Under the pieces are notes generated by a model. That model was given only the letters and a program-made list of their open reading frames with translations. It had not been told where the DNA came from and ran no database searches. DNA of 64,000 bases from Mobula hypostoma. Lineage: Eukaryota. This document shows positions 11,678-24,140 of the stretch, piece after piece; the first letter of the stretch is position 1; each line of letters opens with the position of its first letter. The stretch is taken from NCBI RefSeq assembly GCF_963921235.1, contig NC_086108.1, forward strand, positions 47,928,001-47,992,000. Reading direction: 5' to 3'. The translations under genes were made by a program, and so were the position numbers.

Positions 11678-12206
11678 CTCAGTGGCCACTTTATTAGGTA
11701 CGTCTGTACACTTGCTCATTAATGCAAATGTCTAATCGGCCAATCATGTAGCAGCAATTCAATGCATGCAGCATGCAGACATGATCAAGAGGGCCTGTTG
11801 TTGTTCAGATCAGAATGGGGAGGAAATGTGATCTAAGTGACTTTGACCATGGAATGGGGCTTGATGGCATGGTTTGAGTATCTCAGAAACTGCTGATCTC
11901 CTGGGATTTTCACAGACAACAGTCTCTAAAGTTTATAGAGAATGTTGCAAAGAAGCAAAAAAAAATCCAGTGAATGGCAGTTCTGTTGGCAAAAATGCCT
12001 TGCTAATGAGAGGTCAGCGGAGAATGGCCAGACTGGTTCAAGGTGACAGGAAAGCAACAGTATCTCCAATAACCACATGTTAAAACAGTGGTGTGCAGAA
12101 GAGCATCTCTGAAATCACAACACATCAAACCTTGAAGTGGATGAGCTACAGCAGAAGAAATCCACACTGGATTCCACTTGGTACCTAATAACTTGGCCAC
12201 TGAGTG
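11678..12206 (+). mobile_element. Tc1-like DNA transposon, internally deleted
   Basis: TIRs CTCAGTGGCCACTTTATTAGGTAC / GTACCTAATAACTTGGCCACTGAG; HTH remnant SISETADLLGFSQTTVSKVYRE and RGQRRMARLVQGDRKATV. Confidence 0.88.
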
Positions 12207-13229
12207 GATTAGCTCCCATCTTTTGTATTCAACACACAGAAATATTTTGTTAAAGTATTCATTTACTTGTTGCAGCTGCATACAAGCCTTTTGCAAATCA
12301 TGGATGAGGGCACCCAGATCTATCTGTGATACAGATCTTTTCACCCTTTATCTAGATAATATGCTTTTCATATTTTTCCTTCTCACCTTAGTCCACATTC
12401 TGGGCAAGAAGATTACTGATTTAGATGGGTGCTGTTAAAGGAATGGTATTAATTTAGCCCTGTGTTACTGCTTTTGAGCCAAACTAATGGCATTAGTTTT
12501 GAGTTAGCTTGGGAGTTTAGTTAGCGTCCATGTTGACCTAGCGTTTATGTTTCCCCTTTTGCTTTGTACAGTTCTATTAAAACTCAGTGAATTGTTCATT
12601 CCGGGTCTGTGTCTCTCCCTCTGCACCCGGGCCATCACTGAACTGTCAATCTTCACTACTTACCTTTCATATCCATATTTATGCCACTAGCAATTGTAGC
12701 AAACCTAGCTTCATTGCCTTTTTTCAAATCATTTAATTAGAATGTAAGAAGTTGATGCTGAATGCCATCTGGGAATCTTGGTAGAGTACATCTACCAGTT
12801 CCACTTTATCCACTCCAATAATAGTACTAATAAAATTGTTAGAACACAGCCCTATACTTTCTTGTCTTTTATCATTCTCCTGTTCTAAGTAAAGTTACAT
12901 TTGTTATTTTCCAATCTAATGGGACCTTCTCTGAATCTAAGAATCAAAGGAAAATTAAGACAAAGCATCAACAATCTCACAAACCTCTCCTTTTAAGATA
13001 CACAGATGAAATTCATCGGAATGCGAGTCTATTTCAATCCACAGCTCCAACAATTTTCTCCTTATCACTTTCTTGGTGATTGGTATTTAGTACAGTAGTT
13101 GTTTTATGTTATTGTATCTTCCCTGGATCCTGACCACAGTTTACATACTGCCAAAAGCTGCCAATATTCAGGCACTCAAGATTTTGAATACTGCTGTCAC
13201 TAAGCTAAAAACAGCCCACATCATTGCAT

Positions 13230-15055
13230 TTCAAATCATAGTTGATGTCTTCAGTCAGGTTTGTTTGAGGAAATCTCTGCCCAATGACCATTAGCATATA
13301 ACCTGTAGCACCAGAGAACCCAACACACTCGACCACAATAAGGAATGCCTACCGTTCCATGCCTAGATCACATTTCGGGAGATCTGATCACTTGACTGTC
13401 TTACTCCTACTTTCATACATTCTGAGGCTAGAGTAAGGCTCCAGAAGAAAGGGCAATGAAGAGGTGGCCATGGGCGGCAGAAGAATGGCTATCGGATTTC
13501 TTTGAGTCAGTGGATGGCGCCATGTTCAAGGGTCTGAACGAATACACCTCAGTTGTCACAGACTTTATTAAAAAAGTCGTAGATGAGTATGTCCCCACAA
13601 AATCAACCAGAGTCTTCCCCAAATAGAAGCCCTGGATGAACCATGAGATCCAGAATCTGCTGAGGACCAGATCAGAGGCATTCAGGTCTGGCAACCAAGT
13701 AAAACACAAGAGGTCCAAGTACAATCTCCAGAAAGCCATCTCACAGGTGAAGTGGCAATTCCAGTCCAGACTTGAATCGCTGAAGGATGCTCAACAGCTG
13801 TGGCAGGCATTGAATACTATTACCAATTACAAAGTGAAATCAAGCGACATAAAAACATAAAAAACAATGCATCACTCCAAAATGAACTCAATGTCCTTTA
13901 TGCTTGCTTTGACCATCAGAACATGCAGGAAACTTCAGAAACAACCATGGCCCCCCATGACTTTGTGATTTCAGTGTCTGAGGTTGACGTGAGAGCTGAG
14001 GTGACAACAGGACTCTGCTTCCAGATGAGCTCCACGCCTTCTGTGCTCATTTTGACCGTCAAAACATGGAGGAGGCTTCATGAACTCCCGTAGCCCCTGA
14101 CCCTGTGATTTTTAGTCTCTGAGTCTGACGTGAGAATATCCTTCAGGAGGATGAACCCAGAGAAAGCATCCGGCCCAGATGGTGCGCCTGTCCGAGTACT
14201 AAAGACCTGTGCTGATCAACTGACTGGAGGGTTCGCCAAAATATTTAACCTCTTGCTTCAGCAGTCTGAAGCACCCAGCTGCTTCAAGCAGCCTTCAGTT
14301 ATACCAGTGTCAAAGAAAAACATGACAACCTGCCTCAGTGACTATCATCCAGCAGCATTTATACCCTCTGTGATGTAGTGCTTTCAGAGGCTGGTGATAA
14401 AGCATATCAACTCCTGCCTGAGAAGTGATTTGGATCCATTCCGTTTTGCCTTCTGGAGCAACGGGTCCATAGCAGATGACATCTCTTTGGTTCTTCACTC
14501 AACCCTGGAACATCTAGACAGCAAAGATGCATACATCAGGATGCTCTTTATCAACTACAGTTTGGATTCAATACTATCATCCCCTCAAAACTAATCAATA
14601 AACTTCAAGATCTTGGCCTTAATGCCTCCTTGTACAATTGGATCCACAATTTCCTCACTTGTAGCCCCCAGTCAGTTCAGATTGGCAACAATATCTCCTT
14701 TATAATCTCCATCAGCACAGGCGCACCACAAGGCTGTGTGCTTAGCCCCCCTGCTCTACTCGCTTTACTGTGAGGCTAAGCACAGCTGCACTGCCATATT
14801 TAAATTTGCTGACAGCAACACGGTCGTTGGCGGAATCAGAGGTGGTGATGAATCAGCGTATTGGAGGGAGATTGAAAACCTGGCTGAGTGGTGCCACAAC
14901 AACCACCTCACACTCACTCATTGAGCCCATGCAGCTGGAGGAGGGAACTGGAGGTCCATCAGCCAGTCCTCATCGGGGGCTCAGAGGTGGAGAGGGTCAG
15001 CAACCTTAAATTCCTCGGTTTTATCACTTCAGAGGGCCTGTCCTCGGCCCAGCAT
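13230..15055 (+). mobile_element. Rex1/Babar LINE remnant (endonuclease end plus RT)
   Basis: [53 protein letters not shown] motifs; multiple stops and frameshifts. Confidence 0.88.
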
Positions 15056-15412
15056 GTTTTATATTTTTATATTCTGTGTTTCTACACGTTCTTTCTCATA
15101 GCCCTTTGTGCAATTTGTTCTTTTTGCATGAGGTGGGGTTTGATGCTCTTGTTGCTATTTACCTAGTTTGTTTTTTGTGTGAAGTGGGGTTTGATGCTGT
15201 TGTTGCTTTTTGCGTGATTTGTATTTTTGCGTGATGTGGGATTTGATGTTTTGTTGCCATCTGCATGATTTTTTTTGTGCATGGTGGGGTGGTAGTTGAT
15301 ACTTTTCTTTGAACGGCTCCATGGTTTTCTTTGTTACATAGCTGCCTAGTGAAGATGGATCTCAGAGTTGTATACACAATGCATACTTTGCTTATAAATG
15401 TACTTTGAACCT

Positions 15413-16042
15413 AACTACTACTATTACTACTACGTCAACTCAGGCCTAGGGGGCCGGCGTCAGGTACGATGATGGACCCTCCACTTCTCCCTCACCCTCA
15501 TCAGTGTGTTCAGTTCATCTACATTAACCGAGCCGCTGTCTTCTAGGAGCGTGTTGACCATAGTCTTGGGAGGGCGCCCAGGGTTCATCCTCCCGTGCTT
15601 GGGCTCCTATATGATGACCAGGCTGGCAGATAGCGCGAGGTGGCGTAGACAGTGCCCCGCTAGTTGCAGTCTTCCCGCCTCGATTTTAGTGGTGAGCATC
15701 GGTAGGTCATCATAGAGCTCGATGTTCATCATGTTCTGTTGCCAACTCACGTTAAGAGCCATCCGGAGCATTTGTGTATAGCAACCATCTAGAGACTTTT
15801 GCATAGTCTTGGTGAGTGTCCACGTCTCACATCCGTACGTGAAAATGGACTCTATGACTGCCATGAAGATCCTCTTTTTAAGCCCTCTGGTCAGGTTCAA
15901 CTTCCAGATTTCCTTCATGTCGTTCATAGCCCTCCATGCCAACCCCTTCCGTATCTTTATGTCCTTCTCCGAACTCATCACTCTTGACCAGAGGTACTTG
16001 TAGTCAAAGACTTTCTTAATGGTATCATTCTTTACGGTCCTT
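15413..16042 (-). mobile_element. RTE-clade LINE, 5'-truncated
   Basis: ORF 15607-15981 (DIKIRKGLAW..ESIFTYGCETWTLTK..RLQLAGHCLRH); (TAG)n tail on -; 9-bp TSD TTTGAACCT at 15404-15412 and 16043-16051. Confidence 0.9.
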
Positions 16043-16069
16043 TTTGAACCTTAGGTGCAAATAAACACA

Positions 16070-16480
16070 GCAATGCCTCAACTTCCTGAAGCTTGTGAAC
16101 GTTTGACATCACATCCAAAACGTTATCAGACTTGATAGATATGTGTGGTGGAGAGTATGTCAACTGGTTGCATCATGGCCTGGTATTGAAACACCAAAGA
16201 TCTTAAATGTAAAAATCCTACAAAAGGAATCATGATGGCCTAGTCCATCCTGGGTAAAGCCCTTCCCACCATTAAGCATATCTACATGGAGCGCTGTCGT
16301 AAGAAAGCAGCATCCATTATCAAGGCTCTCTTTGAAGCACTCTTCAATCTTGTGCTCGGATATTTATTGCTTATTTATTTAATATTTTTCTTTTGTATTT
16401 GCATAGTTTATTGTCTTTTGCACATTGGTCTGTCATTGGGTGTTGACTTTGATAATAAATTTACTTTAAACTTTATTGTT
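16070..16480 (+). mobile_element. Decayed Rex1/Babar 3' fragment
   Basis: CTGGTTGCATCATGGCCTGGTAT, AAGAAAGCAGCATCCATTATCAAGG and tail TTGATAATAAATTTACTTT. Confidence 0.65.
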
Positions 16481-16499
16481 GGCACAAGTACAAAAGAGT

Positions 16500-17690
16500 A
16501 GTGAAAGTGTACTGAGTTTCCTTAGCCTTCTGAGGAAGTAGGGATGCTGTTTTTCTTTAATTTTGCCAAGATATCTACATGGTGGGACCAGGACAAGTCG
16601 TTGCTGATGTTTACACAAAAGAACTTGAAGCTCAAACCCATCTCCACCTCAGCACAATTAATACATGTGCGCTCTTGGCCCGCTTCTTGCTAACATTCAG
16701 GGAAAGGTTGTTGTTTTGACACCATGCCAATAGATTAGATTAGATTTATTTATTAATCACATTTACACTGAAACATTAGTGGAATGTGTAATTTGCACTA
16801 ACAACCAACATAATCAGAGGATGTGCTACAGGTTGCCCTCAAGGCTTGGCACTTCATCCTCTTCCTGTACTCCATCCTCTTGTTGTTTAAGCTTTGGCCT
16901 ATTAAGGTGGTGTCATCCGCAAACTTGTAAATAGAGTCAGCGTAGAATCAGACCACATGGGCTTAAGTGTATAGGGAATAAAGTAAGATGCTGAGGATGC
17001 TGTCTCGTGGGGCGCCAGTTTTGAGGATAATTGTGGAGGAGGTGTTGCTGGCTATCCTTAGTGATTGAGGCGTGTTGGTCAGGAACTCAATAATCCAGTT
17101 GCTGGATCCTGGCTTTCGGAGTTTGAAGATGAATTTGTTTGGAATTATGGTATTGAATGCAGAGCTATAGTCAATAAATAAGTGTCTTTGTTATCCAGAT
17201 GTCCCAGAGATGAGCGTAGGGTTAAGGAGATGGTGTCGCCTTTGGAACTATCTTGGCTGTAGGTGCATTGCAATGGGTCAAGTTTGTCGGGGAGGTCAGA
17301 GTAAATATGTGCCATAACCAGCCTCTTAGCAAGTTACCTTACTTTTCTTTGACACCAGGATGATAGTGGTTTTCTTAAAGTAGGTGAGAACTTCATATTG
17401 AGGTCAGGAGAGGCTGAAAATGTCTGTGAGTACCACCATCAACTGCTCTGCACCGGACCCAAGGACACACCGGGGACACCATCAGGATCAGTTGCTATCC
17501 ATGGGATTATTCTCAAGACAGCTGATCTGACATCTGTGGCAGTGACTATGGGTACAGGTGCTTCAGAGGCTGTGGGGCAGGTGGTGTCATTTCATTGACA
17601 TTCTGTTTGATACATGCATCAAATTCATTGAGCTCATCAGGGAGAGATGAGTTGTTCCTATCAATGCTGCTTGACGTAGTTTCGTTTTGA
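16500..17690 (-). mobile_element. Decayed Rex1/Babar RT fragment
   Basis: On -: KFADDTT (GTGTCATCCGCAAACTT), GAPRD, FIDYSSAFNTIIP (GGTATTGAATGCAGAGCTATAGTCAATAAA), SSLPDELN. Confidence 0.75.
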
Positions 17691-18132
17691 TGTAATTTTC
17701 TTGAGTTCCTCTCCCCCTTCCAATTCCCAGTTTCCTTTTTGATTTTGCAGTTTAAAATCAATTCTGGTGCAGTTCCTTAATTCTGCTTCATATTTTGCCT
17801 TAATGAATTGACTGAATTTTCCTACCTATGAACCTTTCAGATAAAATACATATTCATTGAAGTGAATAATCTCAGGCCTGATGAATGGAATCCTTTCCAT
17901 TTTGGGGAAATATTGTTAGTTGCATTCCTTGCAGACAAGCAAGAAAAGGTCCGTGTACTCTTTGGAAGAGCATGTCCTGCATCACCAAACCTGACAAATA
18001 CTTAGCTTCCCACAGCCTAGTTCTTTGAATGCCTTTTGGTAGCCTGAGGAGAAAAGTGCTTGATGATCAAGGTTCAGACCTGGCACAAAACCCATGGTCG
18101 ACTAGGCAGCAGAGATCCATGTCCTTTTATAT

Positions 18133-18420
18133 GGCATGGAAACACAATGGTTAGTGTAACGCTTTATAGAGCTAGTGATCAGGGTTCAATTCCTGACAAT
18201 AACTGCAAGGAGTTTTGTACTATCTCCTAGTGGCTGCTCCAGTTTCGTCCCATGCTCCAAAGGTGTATAGGCTAGGGTTAGCAAGTTTTGGACATGAAGC
18301 ATAGCAACACTGGCAGGTTGCCCCTAGCACATCCTCTGACTGTGTTGGTCATTGATACAAACAATGCACTTTACAGTAGTTTGAAGTACATGACAAAAAC
18401 AGCTAATCTTTAATCTTTAC
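18133..18420 (+). mobile_element. HE1/V-type tRNA SINE, decayed
   Basis: TGGTTAGTGTAACGCTTTA..GGGTTCAATTCC head; GCTCCAGTTTCGTCCCA V-domain remnant; AGCTAATCTTTAATCTTTA tail. Confidence 0.65.
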
Positions 18421-18484
18421 ATCTGAAATCTGGCCTACTTCCAAGACACTGAAAAGGCATCACTAATGCCATTCTGTTATAGTC

Positions 18485-18960
18485 TCCAAATTCATGGGAG
18501 GATAAGTGAACCAATATTTGTATCCTCCCTGAGGCCAACATCCTCAGTAGTGTCATAGAGGCATCTGACCAACTGAGGCTTCGGTAGCACTCAGCTGGCT
18601 ATGTTGGGCAGGCTCTGACATTCACATACCTGACACTAGCCATCCAAAACCGATGCTCTGAAATGGGAAGAGATTATTGGGCAGACAGAGGAACAGAAGC
18701 AAGGATGTGCTCAGTGCCTCATTCAAAGAAATACAACATCCCTACTGACTCTTGGGAAGTCCAAAAGTGGAAAGGGGTGCTAGGCGAAGGCCCTGTATAT
18801 ATGGCGAAAGGAATGTTACATCTCTCATACCATTCTCCTGCCCCAACTGTGGAAATTCACCCACATTAGCCTGATTGGTCACCTGAGAATATTCAAACTG
18901 AAGTTACCACAATCCCAAGAAACTGCTAAAGAAGAAAGAAGGGGAACATCCCATCACAGG
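18485..18960 (+). mobile_element. Old RTE/BovB-like LINE 3' remnant
   Basis: TCCTCCCTGAGGCCAACATCC, CCTGACACTAG, GGGCAGACAGAGGAAC and ACAACATCCCTACTGACTCTTGGGA match RTE C-terminal coding patterns; no open frame. Confidence 0.5.
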
Positions 18961-20159
18961 ACCTTCTCACTTCACACCAGGCTGTTGCGTAGCAGTTTGT
19001 GATAGAAGTCAGTCTCACCAACTGAAACATGTTTTTTTCTTTGTTTTTTGTTTGTATGAAACTTTATGCCTAATCTCCAATATTATTATGACACATAAAA
19101 CCTCAAAAGTAAATGTAGAGAAGCCCATTTTAATACATTGGGTTTAATGCCCAGGATAGTGTTGGTGGATTAGTGGGAATGAGAGATAGAGGCGAGTTAC
19201 TATGACAAAGAGATTTGTTTGATACTGCTGCAAAATTATGGTTAGATTGCAAACCAGCATCAATTTTCCCTTACATTTGCATTCCTGTTCCCTGGCTAGT
19301 TACAAACTGAAGGCTGTATCAAGGTATATGAAGTACCCCTCCCTTTGTACAAGGGAAGACATTCCATGCTCACAGTCAATGCGCCACCCAGAGGCTTGGC
19401 AAAAAATGCACAAAATAAATTCAGGCAGGCAACTGCGAACAACATCCAAGGATGAATTGTGCTTTCCCTTCAAAATATAGAGAAAATCTGTTGCTTATGA
19501 GATTGACATTAAAAATGCAGGAAATGAGTAGATCCCACTTCATTTGACTGCACTGTTGTCACTTGGTTAGCAGATGCTAATACAAGCCGAGGAACAGAAG
19601 GAATTAGTTTTGCCTAACTTTAGTATAGTCTTGTGTCTACAACTACCACAGTCTAAAGTTTATTTTGTTATCTACCCAATGCAGCACCTAACGTCACCTT
19701 TGGAATTTCTGTTATGCAACTTGAAATGCCACTGTCAGAAGCAAGCAATCAGTATCAGCTGCAATCCTTTTCACCCTTAGTTTAACATTACTTCCCGTTA
19801 GGAGAGATGGCTAGATATTTGTTCTGATTCTGGGCTTTGGCCACACTGCTCTGATTCACCTTTCATAAATCCAATCACAGTGGTCAGCGCTGATTCCAGG
19901 ATGGACACCCACACTAGACTTTTTGTTTTTTTTTGTGTGTGGGTTGACCCACAGAATTTAAAATGTAAGCAATGCAGCTAACACCTGGATTTAAAAATAA
20001 AATCTATTTTATTTTGTTTCTGTTTATACATTTTATGATATCAAAAGAAACACCTCTGGTAAAGTCAATTGAGTAGCATCTAACTTTTGTGCACTTCACA
20101 ACTTAGTTTTGATGAAAATTTTAAAACACCAGGAATTCCACAGAATTGGAATCCAGGGT

Positions 20160-20280
20160 AGCACACACAAAATGCTGGAGGAACTCAGCAGGTCAGGCAG
20201 CATTTATGGAAAGGAATGAAGAGCTGATGTTTTGGCCCGAGGCCCTTCATTGTCCTGAGTTCCTCCAGCATTTTGTGTAT
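20160..20280. repeat. Inverted pair of PLE terminal-repeat ends (hairpin)
   Basis: ACACAAAATGCTGGAGGAACTCAG ... CTGAGTTCCTCCAGCATTTTGTGT, exact 24-bp inverted repeat. Confidence 0.85.
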
Positions 20281-20539
20281 GTTACTTTGATGAAAAGTAA
20301 CTTTAATGATCCTTATAACTTCCTTCACCTTCAGTGTGGTACCAACATGGGACACGTTTCCTTTCCCCTCATGTTCCAGCATACCAAAGTGACCATTTGC
20401 TTCTTCATGCTTTACTTCATTCTTTTCCCCACCTCCACTAACACTCACTTCTCTCTCATGGTGTTTTCCCACCCAAACACAGGAGTTGCAATATCCTTCT
20501 CACATCCAGAGACACAAACATTGATCCCAAGTGCAGCAA

Positions 20540-20960
20540 TTCACTTGCACTTCTTCCATTTTAGCATACAGAGTTCTCCTATATGTTGGGGAGTCAGGGG
20601 CAAATCTAGTGATTGCTTTGGAGAACGCCGCTGTACACTCTGTGAAGGTGATCCTGACCTTCCACTTGCCTGTATCTTAAATTGTCCGTCCTACTGTTAC
20701 TCTGATCTCCAAGTCTTTGGCCTCTTGTACTGTTGCAAAGGAACCAAAACTAAACCAGAGAATAACATTTCATCTTGTGACTTGGCACATTACAGCTCTC
20801 AGGACTCAACAGTGAATTCAGCAATTTCGGAATTTTTTTTCTGGTTTGTAGTAGGCAAGTTCTTGATGAAAGGTCATCAAAGTAAGACATCAACTATTTT
20901 TATTTGTCCTCATAATACTGAGCATTCCAGTATTGTCCACTTTTATTTCAGATTTCCAGC
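20540..20960 (+). mobile_element. Decayed Penelope GIY-YIG endonuclease region and terminal repeat
   Basis: GKSSDCFGERRC..DPDLPLACILNCPSYCYSDLQVFGLLYC, homologous to the better copies at 10737-10905 and 28100-28400. Confidence 0.6.
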
Positions 20961-21306
20961 TACAGCAAATATTATTTTATCATTTCCATCTTGTACACAC
21001 ATACCTCCCTGCTTTTCTATTCTATTTAGAGTAAAGGAAAATAAATTCGTAAACTAGTTCTATTGTCACATTACTAAGGTACAGTGAAAAACTGTTCGGC
21101 ATTCCATCCATACAGATCACTTCATTACAACAGTGTATTGAGGTAGTACAAGGGCAAACAACAACTGAATGCAGAATAATATGTTACAGAGTTACAGGGT
21201 GCAGTGCAGGCAGATACCAAAGTGTAAGGCCAAAACAAAGAAGGTTGTAAGGTCAAGCATCCATCTTTTTGTACTAGGCAACCTTTAAAAGTCTTAAAAC
21301 AGCAGT

Positions 21307-21472
21307 CCTTGCTGGAGAACTCTGTTGGTCAGGCAATCTCTATGGAGGGAAATGGATAGTCAATGTTTCCATCTGAGACCCTTCATCTGGCCAGTCTGAA
21401 GCCAAAATGTCCCCTGTGCACTTCCCTCCATAACTGCTGTGTGACTTGCTGATTTCCTTCAGCACTTTGTGT
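21307..21472. repeat. Inverted pair of decayed PLE terminal-repeat ends
   Basis: TGCTGGAGAACTC..GGTCAGGCA..TATGGAGGGAA on the left; TTCCCTCCATA..TGACTTGCTGATTTCCTTCAGCACTTTGTGT on the right. Confidence 0.65.
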
Positions 21473-23096
21473 CTAATCAAATAGTGGAGCACATTTCAGG
21501 GCCAAGTGATCTCCTTCCATTTCTAATTTGCCTCATTGTATGAAACACAATGAAGTACCCTGGATGGAGAATCTGCTCGTGTTATGTTTGAAGTATTGCC
21601 TTTCAAAGAAATAAACAGTTTCTTGCCTCACCATAAGTCGTTTCCTGTACTTCAGATAAAATTGGCTCTGTGAAAATACTTTGTCCTGATTTCAAACCCT
21701 AAATTCTGATAAACTTTTCTGAATTATTCACAGCCAGTGAAGAGGAAAACAAAGAAGCATGTAGATAACTGCTTAACCAAATTCAAAACTTAGTATAACT
21801 TTTAGACTTACTTCTTAAAAAGCTGATTTAAATGTGAACACAGCATGAAACATTATTTCCAGTATACTGAAACCAGTTGAGTTCATTTTCAAAAAAAGTT
21901 ATTCATTCAAAATTTTAGTTTACCAGACACACCACACAAATGTGTCAATAACAAGTTAGCATTCATATTATTTTGGTTAAAGTTTTATTTTTGGAACTCT
22001 GTGTCTTGTGGGTTGAGAACGTTCCCATAGTAAAACAATTTCCTGTTTAAATTAAGCCAAGCTTAAGACATAATATTTTATGCAGGATACAAGCATTAAT
22101 CATTGCCAAGGGCTGTATCAGAACACTTTCATGAACCAATAAGGTTAGGACTAGAATCATGTAGGAATTTGAAGGCAGAATATTTTCATGTTTTCTTTCC
22201 TTTCAACCCTTACTTATTTGTTAAACTTGTACCTGAGTGTAGATATGACAAAATGACAAAGATTTTAAAAAAAGCCACATAAACTTGGAGAATAAGTAAA
22301 CAGACTGCAACCATAGGATCAGTTTTTCAACACACCACACAGGGGTAAACCTGGCATTCTGGTATGGCCAGCTCTGATGGGAATCAACTGACTTTCATTT
22401 ACTGTTCATTGTTTAAATAGATGGTCAATCCCCAAAGGGGCAAATTAAAAATGTATCCCTGATTTCCACCTGTTGCCTGAGCCCTCAAGCCTGAACAATA
22501 CAGGCAAGCAATCCAGTTTCAGCATTGAGCCCTAAACATAGATTCATGGAATAGTCGGGGGACAGATAGAAGCCTCTCAGCCCGGCAAGTTTATGCAGGT
22601 TCCTAGCACGGCAGTCTTTTCAGTCCCATTCCTCTGCTCCTTTTTTTGATGGTCAGCAAAAAAAGTACAGAAAATGGTAAGCTTCCTCCTTCTATAATGA
22701 TGCTTACCACTTCCAATAACAAATCATTTTTTTTAAAAGCAGGTGGGAGATGGCAAAAAAATGTACCAAAGAGCTGGGAAGGGAGTAACGTTTGCACCTC
22801 TAGTTACAAGATGGAATTGGACCTCTCGAGCCCTGATGGATTCTGTTTCCCCGACTCAGGAGCACAAGGTCATAATACCATTCTGACCATCTTGTTCTCG
22901 TATTTAACATCGTTCCAGTGTGCAGTGTAAAGTGGTCCTGCTTTCATAGGCTTTCATCATCCCTTGTTGGTGGCAGTAACTTTCATTTAATAGCAGTGTC
23001 AACAAGTAACCGTGCAATCAAACCAGCAACTGCACTCAGTTCTTGTATTTTTCAATGCCAAGGTATCTATTCATGGCGATTTTATTCATGGAGATT

Positions 23097-23680
23097 GGCA
23101 ACACAGTGGCGTAGCGGTTTATTAGAGTGGCAGCATTAACTGATTGGGGTTCAATTTATGCCACGGCCTGTAAGGAGTTTGTACATTCTCTCCACGACTG
23201 CATGGGTTTGTTCTGGTGCTCCAATTTCCTTTCACTTTCCAAAGATGTACAGATTAGGGTTACCAAGTTGTGGTCAAGCTATGTTGGTGCTGCATCATTT
23301 AGGGGCTGCCTCCAGCATAATCCTCAGACTATGTTTGTTCTTAACACAAAGTGAGTACAGTAGCATATTGGTTAGCACAATGCTTTACAGTACCAGTCAC
23401 CTGGTTCAATTCCCACTGCTGCCTGTAAGAATTTTGTACGTTCACCCCGTGACTGCGTAGGTTTCCTCTGGATGATCTGGTTTCCTCCCACAGTCCAAAG
23501 ATGTATGAATTGGTAGGCTAATTGGTCATTGTAAATTGTCCTGTGATTAGGCTAGGATAAAATCAGGGGATTGTTGGATGTCGCAGCTTGGAGGGCTGGA
23601 AGGACCCACTCTATAAATAAAGTAAAAAAGTATGTTTTGATGTTTCGACATGCATGTGACAAATAAAGCTAATTTTCTCT
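23097..23680 (+). mobile_element. Two nested HE1/V-type SINEs (inner copy ~23352-23628)
   Basis: Two tRNA-like heads (GGTTCAATT) and two V domains (CCTGTAAG.A.TTTGTAC.TTC..GACTGC.T.GGTTT..TCCAAAGATGTA); the outer tail resumes at ~23630. Confidence 0.75.
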
Positions 23681-23869
23681 CTTTCTTTCAGATAATGTAT
23701 AATTCTTGATTTCTGTAGGGCAAATGATTTGTTTTAGGAAGGTGGTAAGCACCAACATGAAAGAAGAACAATCAGCTAATGTATCCATTTCTGATGACTA
23801 ACCAGGTGAGTGTGTGGTGTGGTTTGCATGGGACTATGGTGCAACTATCCTTGCATGGAAGAGAGGATA

Positions 23870-24140
23870 CAGTGCCTATGAAAAGTATTCATCCCCATCC
23901 CCCTTGGAAGTCTTCATGTTTTATTGTTTTGCAACCTTGAATCATCATGGATCTAATTTGGCTTTTTTGACACTGATCATCAGAAAAAGACTTTTTCATG
24001 TCAAAGTAAAAACAGATCTCTACAAAGTGATCTAAATTAATTACAAATATAAAGCACAAAATAATTGATTGCATAAGTATTCACCCCTTTTAATATGACA
24101 CACTAATTCATCACCGGTTCAGCCAATTGGTTTCAGAAGT
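23870..24140 (+). mobile_element. One end of a Tc1-like (IR/DR type) transposon
   Basis: TA|CAGTGCCTATGAAAAGTATTCATCCCC terminus with inner repeat GCATAAGTATTCACCCC at ~24071-24087. Confidence 0.75.

Noticed and set aside
12433..12640. Possible decayed solo LTR
   Set aside because: Only a loose resemblance to the LTR end at 580-626; no TSD or clear termini
20146..21057. Longest ORF (303 aa) as a novel gene
   Set aside because: It starts at a non-ATG codon and runs through a PLE hairpin and decayed GIY-YIG sequence; chance read-through of repeats
23738..23806. Exon ending at a strong CAG|GTGAGT donor
   Set aside because: The frames I checked contain stops, it overlaps a repeat copy, and there is no independent support
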